From the NCBI GenBank assembly GCA_943788915.1, contig CALSSD010000010.1, forward strand, positions 310,001 through 374,000: a DNA stretch of 64,000 nt, read 5' to 3'. Positions 10,466 through 19,364 of the stretch are shown piece by piece. How positions within the stretch are numbered: the first letter of the stretch is position 1; the number at the start of each line of letters is the position of its first letter. A model generated the notes under the pieces. That model was given only the letters and a program-made list of their open reading frames with translations, had not been told where the DNA came from and did not search any database. The translations under genes were made by a program, and so were the position numbers. The stretch comes from an uncultured Acidimicrobiales bacterium (GTDB taxonomy: Bacteria; Actinomycetota; Acidimicrobiia; Acidimicrobiales; UBA10347).

Positions 10466-10504
10466 ACGATCCGCCGTTTCGCTTCCGGCATTCGCCGGGT
10501 CGTG
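10466..10504 (+). repeat. 39-bp imperfect palindromic repeat, copy 1
   Basis: ACGATCCGCCGTTTCGCTTCCGGCATTCGCCGGGTCGTG; 36/39 identical to 11136-11174. Confidence 0.85.
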
Positions 10505-10585
10505 AATGGGTTCAGCGGTTTGCGAGTCCTCCGAAGGGTTCTGCTGCTCCTTGACACCTCGTTGCCAATGGCCTAGGACATGCTT

Positions 10586-11104
10586 ATGGGGATACAGAGT
10601 CAGCTTGGTTCGAACGTGCCACGGCCGAATGCGATCCAGCGGGTCGTGCACAAGGTTGCAGGTAGCAGCGTGGGCGGGGCAGTGCTCGCAAGAATTGCGC
10701 CGCCGCTCGACAATCTCACATCGAAGCTCTCAGGTGGCCGCCAAACGAGCACCGAGATGCTGACTGGTCTACCAATCATCATGCTCACGACTACAGGAGC
10801 CACGAGCGGTCAGCTCCGTACGAACCCAGTACTTGGTATTCCCTACGGTGATGACTATGGACTGCAGTCTGGGAATTTTGGCGTGACGTCGGTGCCAGCA
10901 TGGGTGCACAACCTTCGTGCAAATCCCCAGGCGACCATCGAGCACGGCGGCAAGACCGTCGACGTCATTGCTCGCGAGGCATCCGACGAGGAAGCCGATG
11001 CCATTCTTGGCACCGGAACGGCCTTGTTCCCCGGCCTTGCTGACTATGGACGTCGTGCCAACCGAGACCTCGACGTTTTTGTTTTGACCGCAGTCGACGG
11101 GTAA
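10586..11104 (+). CDS. Deazaflavin (F420)-dependent oxidoreductase, Ddn/nitroreductase family
   Basis: LTTTGATSGQLRTNP, NFG...PAWVHNLRANP motifs. Confidence 0.88.
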   Translation: MGIQSQLGSNVPRPNAIQRVVHKVAGSSVGGAVLARIAPPLDNLTSKLSGGRQTSTEMLTGLPIIMLTTTGATSGQLRTNPVLGIPYGDDYGLQSGNFGVTSVPAWVHNLRANPQATIEHGGKTVDVIAREASDEEADAILGTGTALFPGLADYGRRANRDLDVFVLTAVDG

Positions 11105-11135
11105 CTGCACTCAGCGTCTTCGCTCGACAACTCTG

Positions 11136-11174
11136 ACGATCCGCCGCCTCGCTTCCGGCATTCGCCGGATCGTG
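11136..11174 (+). repeat. 39-bp imperfect palindromic repeat, copy 2
   Basis: ACGATCCGCCGCCTCGCTTCCGGCATTCGCCGGATCGTG; termini ACGATCCG/CGGATCGT pair. Confidence 0.85.
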
Positions 11175-11289
11175 GGCGGGCCTACTGGTGAATGAATGGT
11201 CTGGAGTGCTGCTTTGCAATCACAGTCCGCCGCCGTTGTGACCGTAGTGTTGAGTGTCCACTGCGAGAATAGAAATAGACGAGGGAACG

Positions 11290-11679
11290 ATGGGCATCAT
11301 GGAACTGGCCGAACAGGCCCTTGCGGAAGTGAACAGCATCCGCGCCACCGAGGCAGTCGGGCTGATCAGCGATGACGCCGTGGTCTTCGTTGACGTGCGA
11401 GATATTCGAGAGGTCGAGCAGAGTGACACGATCGTTGGATCACACCATGCGCCACGGGGGATGATCGAGTTTTGGTTTGATCCAACCAGCCCGTATCACC
11501 GCGAGATGTACGCCGATCCAGACAAGACGTACGTTCTGTTCTGCAATGGCGACCCCCGGTCCGCGCTCTCGGCCAAGGCATTGCAGGACATGGGTGTCGC
11601 CAATGTCGCGCAGTTGTCCGGGGGGATGCCCGCGTGGCGGGAGGCCGGTGGGCCAACGGTCGAAAAAGCACGAAAGTAA
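11290..11679 (+). CDS. Rhodanese-like domain protein
   Basis: VDVRD..E, PRGMIEFWFDP, active-site loop FCNGDPRS, GG..AW. Confidence 0.88.
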   Translation: MGIMELAEQALAEVNSIRATEAVGLISDDAVVFVDVRDIREVEQSDTIVGSHHAPRGMIEFWFDPTSPYHREMYADPDKTYVLFCNGDPRSALSAKALQDMGVANVAQLSGGMPAWREAGGPTVEKARK

Positions 11680-11773
11680 TCTTCGGCGCCCGGTTGGCAG
11701 CGAAGCGTCATTCTGGTGGGGTTCCTTGTTTCGTGGCTCCGAGGCCGTCTGGACCCACGGCTAGCCTGCACAG

Positions 11774-12796
11774 ATGGACGGGACCGCAACGACATCGGAA
11801 GCATCGCAGACGGAGCCGAAGACTGGGTGGGGCGGTTCGGTAATCGAGCCCGTGTCCATGGAAGTCATCCAAGAGGCGGCACGAACCATCGCTGGCGTCG
11901 CCAGAAACACGCCACTGGTCCCACTTCGTTCGTACGGTCTCCCCGAGGAGTCGCTGGGTATCCATCTGAAGCTGGAGATGCTTCAGGACGTTGGTTCGTT
12001 CAAGATCCGTGGCGTACATAACTGGCTTTCTCATCTGACACATGCCGAGCGGGCTGCGGGGCTCAACACTCATAGTGCTGGGAACACTGCTCAGGCGCTG
12101 GGGTATGCGGCACTCCGATTCGGCTGCAAGGCGAAGACCCTGGTGCCCGACCGCACGCCGCAAGCCAAACTCGACGCAATCCATAGGTATGGCGTCGACA
12201 CGGTGCCGGTGTCGATGGACGATCTCTTGGACTTCATCTTTGCTGCGGGGTGGACGGAACAACCCGAGGCGTATCTGAATCCGTGGGGTGACCCGCTGAT
12301 GATCGCGGGAAACGCCACCGTCGCGGTAGAGATTCTTCAGGAGCGCCCGGACCTGGACTCGTTGTTTGTGCCCATGGGTGGCGGCGGGCTCGTTGCCGGC
12401 GTTGGATCTGCGATCCGAGCCCTGAATTCTTCGTGTCGAGTGGTGGCGGTCCAGGTTGACTCATGCCAGGCGCTCTCGGGTGCGCTCGAGGCCGGCGGAC
12501 CAGTATGGGTTGAGATGGGCGACTCGCTCAGCGACATCTCCCTGCCAGTAGTGGTCGACGAGCTGTACCCGTTGTTGGAATCGGTGGTCGACGAAGTGAT
12601 CACCGTCCAAGAGGACGAACTCAGAGACGCTGTGCGAATGCTGGCGGTCGAGAACAAGGTCGTGGCCGAGGGGGCTGGCGCACTCGCCTTGGCCGGTGCA
12701 CTTCAGGTGGGTCGAGACCATCGGGGTGACACCGCATGCATTGTCAGCGGCGGAAGTATGGACCCAGCGACGTTGGCCGACGTGCTCAACCACTAA
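11774..12796 (+). CDS. PLP-dependent Thr/Ser dehydratase-like enzyme (catabolic type, no regulatory domain)
   Basis: LKLE.LQ..GSFKIRG, SAGN, PMGGGGL, EGAGA, SGG motifs. Confidence 0.88.
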   Translation: MDGTATTSEASQTEPKTGWGGSVIEPVSMEVIQEAARTIAGVARNTPLVPLRSYGLPEESLGIHLKLEMLQDVGSFKIRGVHNWLSHLTHAERAAGLNTHSAGNTAQALGYAALRFGCKAKTLVPDRTPQAKLDAIHRYGVDTVPVSMDDLLDFIFAAGWTEQPEAYLNPWGDPLMIAGNATVAVEILQERPDLDSLFVPMGGGGLVAGVGSAIRALNSSCRVVAVQVDSCQALSGALEAGGPVWVEMGDSLSDISLPVVVDELYPLLESVVDEVITVQEDELRDAVRMLAVENKVVAEGAGALALAGALQVGRDHRGDTACIVSGGSMDPATLADVLNH

Positions 12797-12888
12797 CCAC
12801 CACCCGCATCTCATACCTAAACGGTGGTCGGTGGTCTGTGTTTGTGGCATGAGATTGTCCATCAGCTGGCTGGCGGTGCAACCATGAT

Positions 12889-13671
12889 GTGATGGCATTA
12901 ACACCGACGGAAATCGAACAGTTCGAAACCGATGGTGTCGTCGTTCCGCAATGCCGACTCGGTCGTGCCGCTGTCGCAGACCTGGCGGCCAGCCTGGATG
13001 TGCATGTCGCTGCGAGTGCGCGACGAGACGTCGACTTCGTGCCCAACGTGCTCGATCACGAACCGTCGTGGATCCGGTTTGCTCTACTGGACGAGATCCT
13101 TGGGTCGGTCAGAGACTTGATCGGCGACGACGTGATTCTGTGGGGTTCGGGTTTGTTCTGCAAAGCCGCAACCAGCGGCCGGGCGACGCCATGGCACCAG
13201 GACGGACAGTATTGGCCGATCCGGCCGCTTGCCACCGTCACCGCATGGATCGCCATCGACCCGGTCGATGAGCACAACGGTTGCCTGCGGGTAATCCCCG
13301 GGTCTCACCGTGACCGGGTCCTGCACGAACATGCCCGCAACGACAGCCGTGAGCTGATTCTGAATCAGGAGCTCTCAGCCGAGCAGCGGGGCCCAACGCC
13401 ACCACGATCTCTGATCCTCGAGCCGGGCCAGTTCTCGCTGCACGACGTGTACATGATCCATGGCGCCAACCCGAATACTTCAGGACGGCGCCGGGGCGGG
13501 CTGGCGTTTCGGTATATGCCAGCCACTTCGCATTACGACCGGGAGCTGGCGAAGCGCCAAGCCGAGGAGATGGGACTGCACAGCATGGTGCATCGCACAT
13601 TGTTCCTGGCGAGTGGCGCCGATGTCAGTGGGAAGAACGACATCACCGAGCTGCCGTCGACGGTCCAGTAA
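12889..13671 (+). CDS. Phytanoyl-CoA dioxygenase (PhyH) family Fe/2-oxoglutarate dioxygenase
   Basis: PWHQD, NGCLRVIPGSH, HGANPNTSGRRR. Confidence 0.9.
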   Translation: MMALTPTEIEQFETDGVVVPQCRLGRAAVADLAASLDVHVAASARRDVDFVPNVLDHEPSWIRFALLDEILGSVRDLIGDDVILWGSGLFCKAATSGRATPWHQDGQYWPIRPLATVTAWIAIDPVDEHNGCLRVIPGSHRDRVLHEHARNDSRELILNQELSAEQRGPTPPRSLILEPGQFSLHDVYMIHGANPNTSGRRRGGLAFRYMPATSHYDRELAKRQAEEMGLHSMVHRTLFLASGADVSGKNDITELPSTVQ

Positions 13672-13719
13672 CAGGCCAATATCTCGAGGCCGACAGATCG
13701 GTGAGAGACTGGCGTACTC

Positions 13720-14472
13720 ATGTCATTGAAACTCGGGATTCTTACCGGCATTTCCTACGTGTCCGGCCTCGACTACTACCGAGGCATTCATGAACGGGTG
13801 TTAGCTGAGACCCAAGTCGGGCACCTGATGCCACCCAATCCGCCGATCACCATGGTGTCTGTCGATTGCGATGAGTACGCGTTCCATCTGACCAACAAGG
13901 CGTTTGACAAGGTCGCGACCTTTCTGCTGGCAGGAGTGGACAAGCTGGTGGCAACCGGGTGTGATTTGCTCGTGATCGCTTCGAATACCGGGCATATCTG
14001 CGTTCCGGCAGTCGAGACGGCACATCCGGATCTCGACATCTTGCACATCGCAGACTGCAGCGCTCACCAACTGAAACAACTGGGTGTCAGCCAGGTTGGT
14101 CTGGTAGGAACACAACCGACGATGGAAGAGTCGTATCTGCATGACCGGCTAGCCCGTCACGGGATCACCACGGTGATTCCCAAAGATGCTGCGGTCAGAG
14201 CGGAGATCTATCGGATCATCTACGAAGAGTTGTCGTTTAATGAGTTTCGTCCCGAATCGCGGGCGACCATCGTCGACGCGATTCGATCACTTGGGGCGCA
14301 GGGTGTCGAGGCGTGCATTCTTGGTTGCACAGAGATCGAGCTGCTGGTCCAACAAGAACATGTATCTGAACTCCCGCTCCTGGCTTCGGCGGAAACCCAT
14401 ATTCACTTCATCGCGGATGTCCTGCTGGGGAATCTCGACCTCGGCGAGGTCTTGCCTTCGAGACAGAAGTAA
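13720..14472 (+). CDS. Asp/Glu racemase-family amino-acid racemase
   Basis: LGILTGIS, ASNTGH, HIAD, LVGT..TME, ILGCTEI. Confidence 0.88.
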   Translation: MSLKLGILTGISYVSGLDYYRGIHERVLAETQVGHLMPPNPPITMVSVDCDEYAFHLTNKAFDKVATFLLAGVDKLVATGCDLLVIASNTGHICVPAVETAHPDLDILHIADCSAHQLKQLGVSQVGLVGTQPTMEESYLHDRLARHGITTVIPKDAAVRAEIYRIIYEELSFNEFRPESRATIVDAIRSLGAQGVEACILGCTEIELLVQQEHVSELPLLASAETHIHFIADVLLGNLDLGEVLPSRQK

Positions 14473-14506
14473 TCGTCCTGGTGGCCGACGCAGGCCGGAC
14501 GACGGT

Positions 14507-15460
14507 GTGGCAAAGTTTGGTGTGGGGAACGAGTGGTACAGCAACGATGAACTGCGGGCGATGTTTGAGTCGGTCAAGAATTGGGGTCGCTGGGGCCCCG
14601 ACGACGAGGCGGGCGCGCTCAATCTGATCACTGCGGAGCACATCGCAGCGGCGGCATCAGAAGTGACTGGCGGCGAGTCGGTCAGCTGTTCTCGTGAGCT
14701 CCCGGTGAAGCCGAACGTCGAGACGCCCTACCCGGCGATGCACATGATGGTTCGTGGCGGCGATGACTGCGTGATTCCTGGTCTGGGGATGGAATCCACC
14801 AGCGACTTTGTTGGCGTCCAGTTTCATGGCATGTCCACAAGTCATATCGACGCACTGTGTCATGTGTTTGTCGACGAACAGATGTATAACGGTTTCGGGG
14901 CCGCCGAGGTCAAGAGCACCGGTGCTCGCCGGGGCAGCATCATGTGCGCCAAAGATGGTGTGGTTGGCAGGGGAGTGCTGCTCGATATTCCAGGGCTCCA
15001 CAACACAACCCATCTCGAACCGGGGACACCGGTCATGGTCGCCGATCTCGAAGCGGCCGAGGCAACGCAAGGGGTGCAGGTCGGTGTCGGCGACATCCTG
15101 CTTATCGGAACCGGGCGTGATGCCCGCCGGGCTGATACTGGTCCCTGGCATCCGTTTGCCGACGGTCTTGCTGGCTTGCACCCTGAGTGCATTCCGTGGT
15201 TGCACGAACGGGGCGTTGCTGTGCTGGGAAGTGACGGAGTGAGCGATGTCTTGCCTGGTCAGCATCCTTCGGAATGGGCTATGCCGATTCATCAGTGTGT
15301 GATCGTCGCTATGGGTGTGCATTTGCTTGACAATCTGCGTCTCGACCGACTCGCCGAAGCATGCAAGCGCCACGACCGATGGTCGTTCCTGTTTACCATC
15401 GCCCCGTTGCGGATCGAGGGTGGCACTGGCTCACCAGTTAACCCGGTGGCGCTCTTCTAG
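14507..15460 (+). CDS. Cyclase-family (kynurenine formamidase-like) metal hydrolase
   Basis: NWGRWGPDDEAGALN, HG..TSHIDALCH, GRGVLLD, GGTGSPVNP. Confidence 0.88.
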   Translation: MAKFGVGNEWYSNDELRAMFESVKNWGRWGPDDEAGALNLITAEHIAAAASEVTGGESVSCSRELPVKPNVETPYPAMHMMVRGGDDCVIPGLGMESTSDFVGVQFHGMSTSHIDALCHVFVDEQMYNGFGAAEVKSTGARRGSIMCAKDGVVGRGVLLDIPGLHNTTHLEPGTPVMVADLEAAEATQGVQVGVGDILLIGTGRDARRADTGPWHPFADGLAGLHPECIPWLHERGVAVLGSDGVSDVLPGQHPSEWAMPIHQCVIVAMGVHLLDNLRLDRLAEACKRHDRWSFLFTIAPLRIEGGTGSPVNPVALF

Positions 15461-15470
15461 ATCTGCGCAC

Positions 15471-16961
15471 TCACGAAACAAGGTCGAAGGTCAGAGCGGT
15501 CGCCGACAGAGGCGGCAGCAGTGTTGTGGCCCCACGATCAGTGATCGCCACATCGGCGAATGGCTTAGAGGCCACCACCTGCTGGTTGTCGTAGGTGTTC
15601 TCGGCTTTTGGATCTTGGCCGGTGACGATTTCGGCGCTGGCAAGCGATCTGATCGTGCGGTCAGCGAGCGTGATCGACACAGGGGCTGGTTCATCGAGAC
15701 TGCGGTTGGTGACGAAGACGTGTAGCTGATCCCCATCGATGATGGCGCTGGTGTCGATCAGATCGACGGTGCCGTAGGTGGGGCTGTCGTAGGTCGGGCC
15801 GTTTACCGACGGTTGCAATGAAATGCCCGTTCGACGGGTGGCGTATTGAGCGAACACGTGGAAGATGGATTGGACCAGCATGTCGTCACCACGCGTCTGG
15901 ATCGGAGCGATGACGTTGACGATCTGTGCGATATTGGCGATCTTCACCACGTTGGCGTGGCGGATGAAGCTGTTCAGGAAACCAGCAACGACCAATGCGT
16001 CTTCGAGGTTGTAACGCTCTTCGATCAAATGAGGCGCAACCTTGTTCGCACCCTCCATCTCCATGTTCTTGTACCAGACATTCCACTCGTCGAAACACAG
16101 CAGCACGCGACGGCGGTGGCCATGCTTCGCCTGGATATAACGACATAACGAATCGGTGGCTTCGATCTGAGCATCGATGGCGTTTGTCACCGCCAGGAAG
16201 TCTGCGGTGTCGTCAGTGGGGTTGCCGACGTAACGGTGCAGGCTGATGTAGTGAGCGACGCCGCCCAGGACTTCGAGGACCTGTCGATCCCACTCGAGGT
16301 AGGTATCGAGCTCCACCATCGATGAGCCCGACGCAACGAGCTCAATGCTGCGGTCGACGTTCTTCATCATCCGAGCTGCCTGCAACGCTCGTATCGCATA
16401 GTCGCTGGCGGGGCCATGGCCGAGCTGCCATGGCCCGTCCATCTCGTTCCCCAGGCACCACAGGGGAACGCGGTGCGGTTCGGCGCTGCCGTTTGAGGCC
16501 CGCATGTCGGCGTACTTCGTGCCTGTCGGGGCGTTGCAGTATTCGACCCAATTCCGAGCTTCTTCAGGAGTGCCCGTGCCCAGGTTGACCGCCAGCATTG
16601 GTGACCAATCCATCTTGCGGCACAAGTCGATGAACTCATCGGTACCGAACTCGTTGGTTTCAATACTCGACCACGCGAGTTCTCGAAGTGTTGGGCGGTC
16701 TGCCTTGTCGCCGACGCCGTCTTCCCAGTGGTATCCGGAGACGAAGTTGCCACCCGGGTATCGCATGACCGGCATCTTCAGCTGGTCGAGGGCGCCGAGG
16801 ACATCGGTCCGCAACCCGGTTTCATCGGCGTGAATCGAACCAGGTTCGTACACGCCCTCGTACACGCATCGCCCCATATGTTCGAGGAAGCCGCCAAAGA
16901 TCCTTTCATCGACGTGTCCCACAGGGAATCCGGTGTGCAGCGTGATCGACGTGGGTTCCAT
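15471..16961 (-). CDS. Alpha-L-arabinofuranosidase (GH51)
   Basis: FLEHMGRCVYEG, RYPGGNFVSGY, LGNEMDG, FDEWNVW, AQIVNVIAP. Confidence 0.93.
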   Translation of the reverse strand: MEPTSITLHTGFPVGHVDERIFGGFLEHMGRCVYEGVYEPGSIHADETGLRTDVLGALDQLKMPVMRYPGGNFVSGYHWEDGVGDKADRPTLRELAWSSIETNEFGTDEFIDLCRKMDWSPMLAVNLGTGTPEEARNWVEYCNAPTGTKYADMRASNGSAEPHRVPLWCLGNEMDGPWQLGHGPASDYAIRALQAARMMKNVDRSIELVASGSSMVELDTYLEWDRQVLEVLGGVAHYISLHRYVGNPTDDTADFLAVTNAIDAQIEATDSLCRYIQAKHGHRRRVLLCFDEWNVWYKNMEMEGANKVAPHLIEERYNLEDALVVAGFLNSFIRHANVVKIANIAQIVNVIAPIQTRGDDMLVQSIFHVFAQYATRRTGISLQPSVNGPTYDSPTYGTVDLIDTSAIIDGDQLHVFVTNRSLDEPAPVSITLADRTIRSLASAEIVTGQDPKAENTYDNQQVVASKPFADVAITDRGATTLLPPLSATALTFDLVS

Positions 16962-17066
16962 GGAAGAGAGTCTTGCCGGGGCATGCCGCGTGCCCAAATG
17001 CCGTGCGGATAGTGGTGAAGCAACGTGCCTCTGACCGGCGGTGCTCAGATGTGACATGCTGGTTAT

Positions 17067-17741
17067 ATGACTGAATTACTCGACCGGGCGTATGCCGAGA
17101 TCATGTCGTCGATTGTCGCCACCGCACAGGCGCCTCATTTCACCGAGTTGGCGTCCAGCCTTGATATCGAGATCGAGCAAGGCCGAGAGCTCATGCACGA
17201 ACTGGTGGCCATGACACCTGGCTGGATGCATCCGGGCACGGATTTCTTGGCGTCATTCCCCCCATTTAATGTGCAGCCGACCCAGTACCGGATCACGGTC
17301 GACGACAAACACGGCTGGTTTGGTCAATGAGGTTTCGAATCGCTGGCCGTGCGCTGGCTCTTCCCGGGATCAACAATTCGCATCGAGGCACCGTGTCTTT
17401 GTTGTGGTGAGTCGATGACCATCGAACTGTGTGACGAGGAGCTCCTGGTCACCGAACCGGCCGAGATGGTCGGGTATACAAGCCAAATGGTCGGCGGTGA
17501 TGCGGCCAGTCGGCCATTCCGTTGAGCGAGCATGAACCTCTTCCGGTCGGAAGAACACGCTCGTAACTGGTCCGGTTTCGATCCCGAGTTCAGCTCCATG
17601 TTGAAGCCGGTTGCCGAATGGGCCGATATCTTCGCCAACCCGTTCTTTCGGGAACGGGGACGGCCTGACTACATCAGCTGGACTCGCAGCGAAGCAGGAC
17701 AAGCCGCCTTCGTTGAGCTCCGGTCTCGGCTCACGCCCTAA
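17067..17741 (+). CDS. MerB-fold (alkylmercury/organometallic lyase-like) protein, probable double selenoprotein (UGA at codons 88 and 153)
   Basis: ORFs 17067-17330 and 17532-17741 share one frame. The only stops between them are TGA 17328-17330 and TGA 17523-17525. Read-through gives HTH-like N-terminus, PPF..PT.YRI, WFGQ[U]GFESL, IEAPCLCCGESMTI, PFR[U]ASMNLFRSEEHARNW, matching the MerB layout. Confidence 0.85.
17331..17371 (+). promoter_or_regulatory. Candidate bacterial SECIS for first UGA
   Basis: GGUUUC/GGGAUC, GAA/UUC and GCUGGC/GCUGGC (with G-U pairs) stems; loop CGUGC starts 18 nt after UGA. Confidence 0.55.
17526..17564 (+). promoter_or_regulatory. Candidate bacterial SECIS for second UGA
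   Basis: Lower stem GCGAGC/GCUCGU, upper stem UCUUCC/GGAAGA; loop GGUC starts 20 nt after UGA. Confidence 0.75.
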
Positions 17742-17758
17742 CGCCAAGACCTCGATAT

Positions 17759-18064
17759 TTAATCGTTGTAGGCCATGTAGGCCGATGCCAGCGCGAAGAG
17801 GATGAAAAGGCCGGCGACGACAACTTGGCTTCCGACCCCGCCGATGTCGACACACCCGTCGTTACGTTCGCTGCGGCATGCCTGCTGTAAATTTCGCGAG
17901 CTCCATCCGAGGCCAGCAACGATGAAGGCCGTGATTGCTGCGCCACGCAGCCACTTCTTTTGATTGAAGCGGCGGCTGATGATGGTTGACACCCGCTTCA
18001 GGGGCAGCAGAGACAGCACAAAAATGACAAAGAAGATCACGAATTGGACAATGAACTTCACCAT
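17759..18064 (-). CDS. Small membrane protein of unknown function
   Basis: Three hydrophobic segments; C-x7-C loop; GGAGG upstream. Confidence 0.7.
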   Translation of the reverse strand: MVKFIVQFVIFFVIFVLSLLPLKRVSTIISRRFNQKKWLRGAAITAFIVAGLGWSSRNLQQACRSERNDGCVDIGGVGSQVVVAGLFILFALASAYMAYND

Positions 18065-18206
18065 AGGTGCCTCCGAGAAACCGCGAACTCGGGTCGACGG
18101 TCTGCTTCTCGTGTGAGTGTAGGACCACCGGGTGAATCACCGGGAATGATTACATCCCCTGCGGTGGGAAATCACCAGCACGTTACTCGGATGGGCGCAC
18201 GCTGGA

Positions 18207-19364
18207 TTACGACCGAAGTCGAGGATGAAACTGCTCGGCATCGAGCACGGAGTCAGTCCACTCAGCTGATCTGGTGAGTGCTGCCGCAAGCCGGCCCAAC
18301 TCATCGCTCGACTTCGCCCCGGATCCGCTCGCTCCAAGCGCCACGATGATTCGATCGTCGACCTGTCCGATATAGGGGAGCTCGGCGTCGGTGTAGGTCA
18401 CGACACACGGCTTGTGGTCCCACGACGTGATTGTTGCATCGGGGAGCAACGACCGGATGGTGTCCTGGAATGGCAGCGTCTCAGCCTCGGAGCCACCGGC
18501 CCGGAACCACGCGGTGATGTCGTTGTCGGACTCGGCAGCGATCAGCGGCAACGAGTTGCCACCGATCTTCAGCATGGTGCGGCCATCGGGGAAGAGCAGC
18601 GGCGGTACCCAGTAGATCTCGTCGAGATCGTCGTGCTCCGGAGCGTCGTCGATATACGTAGGTATCTCGGCTCCAGCGCCGAGCTCCGCTAACACGATGG
18701 TGCGCAGCCGGCGTTCAATCGCGAGATCGACACCTACCAGGGATGCGCCATACGCACCCGTTGCCAGAATGACGTGGTCGGCGCTGACGGTGGTGCCACA
18801 GTCGATGGAAACACCGCGCCGCCGGGAGTGGATTTTGGTGGCGGGGGCGTCGACGATGTGAGCGCCAGCCCGCTGGGCGAGCAGGGCCTGAGCCGCAACC
18901 AGGCGGCGCGGATCGATTACTCCGGCGGGTGCACCCTCGTAGAAGATCTCGCCGGGGTGTGACTCGCGGACTGCGATACCCGTGGTTTTTCGAAGCCACT
19001 CCCGGTCGACCCGGTGAGCGTTCCCGCCTCGGGCAACGGCATTGTCGATCGAGGCCTGGGTGTCGCCAGACGCCTGGGCCAGACCCCGCGGTTCGTGGAA
19101 GGAGACACCCGACCTGGCAGCGATGTCGCCGTATCGAGCAATCGAGCGTGCCGCCAGTTCGGCCCAGACCTCGCTGGCCGAGCTAACACGCGTGATGCGG
19201 CCCTGGTCGTAGTGGCTTGCGAAAGGTCCGGCGGCGTTCGTGTAGTCGGCAGGTTCGCCGCTGCCGATCAAGACGACGGTGGTGCCGCTCTCTGCGAGGT
19301 GGCGGGCTGCCGCTGCGCCGATCATGCCCCGACCGATCACCGCAACTTCGTAGTCGTTGGTCAT
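18207..19364 (-). CDS. FAD-dependent oxidoreductase (DAO/sarcosine-oxidase-like)
   Basis: VAVIGRGMIGAAAARHL, SHYDQGRITR, GAKSSDELG. Confidence 0.88.
   Translation of the reverse strand: MTNDYEVAVIGRGMIGAAAARHLAESGTTVVLIGSGEPADYTNAAGPFASHYDQGRITRVSSASEVWAELAARSIARYGDIAARSGVSFHEPRGLAQASGDTQASIDNAVARGGNAHRVDREWLRKTTGIAVRESHPGEIFYEGAPAGVIDPRRLVAAQALLAQRAGAHIVDAPATKIHSRRRGVSIDCGTTVSADHVILATGAYGASLVGVDLAIERRLRTIVLAELGAGAEIPTYIDDAPEHDDLDEIYWVPPLLFPDGRTMLKIGGNSLPLIAAESDNDITAWFRAGGSEAETLPFQDTIRSLLPDATITSWDHKPCVVTYTDAELPYIGQVDDRIIVALGASGSGAKSSDELGRLAAALTRSAEWTDSVLDAEQFHPRLRS

Noticed and set aside
17067..17741. Interpretation as a pseudogene or two small separate ORFs
   Set aside because: Both stops are TGA, in frame, at the catalytic Cys positions and followed by hairpins; the rest of the frame is intact
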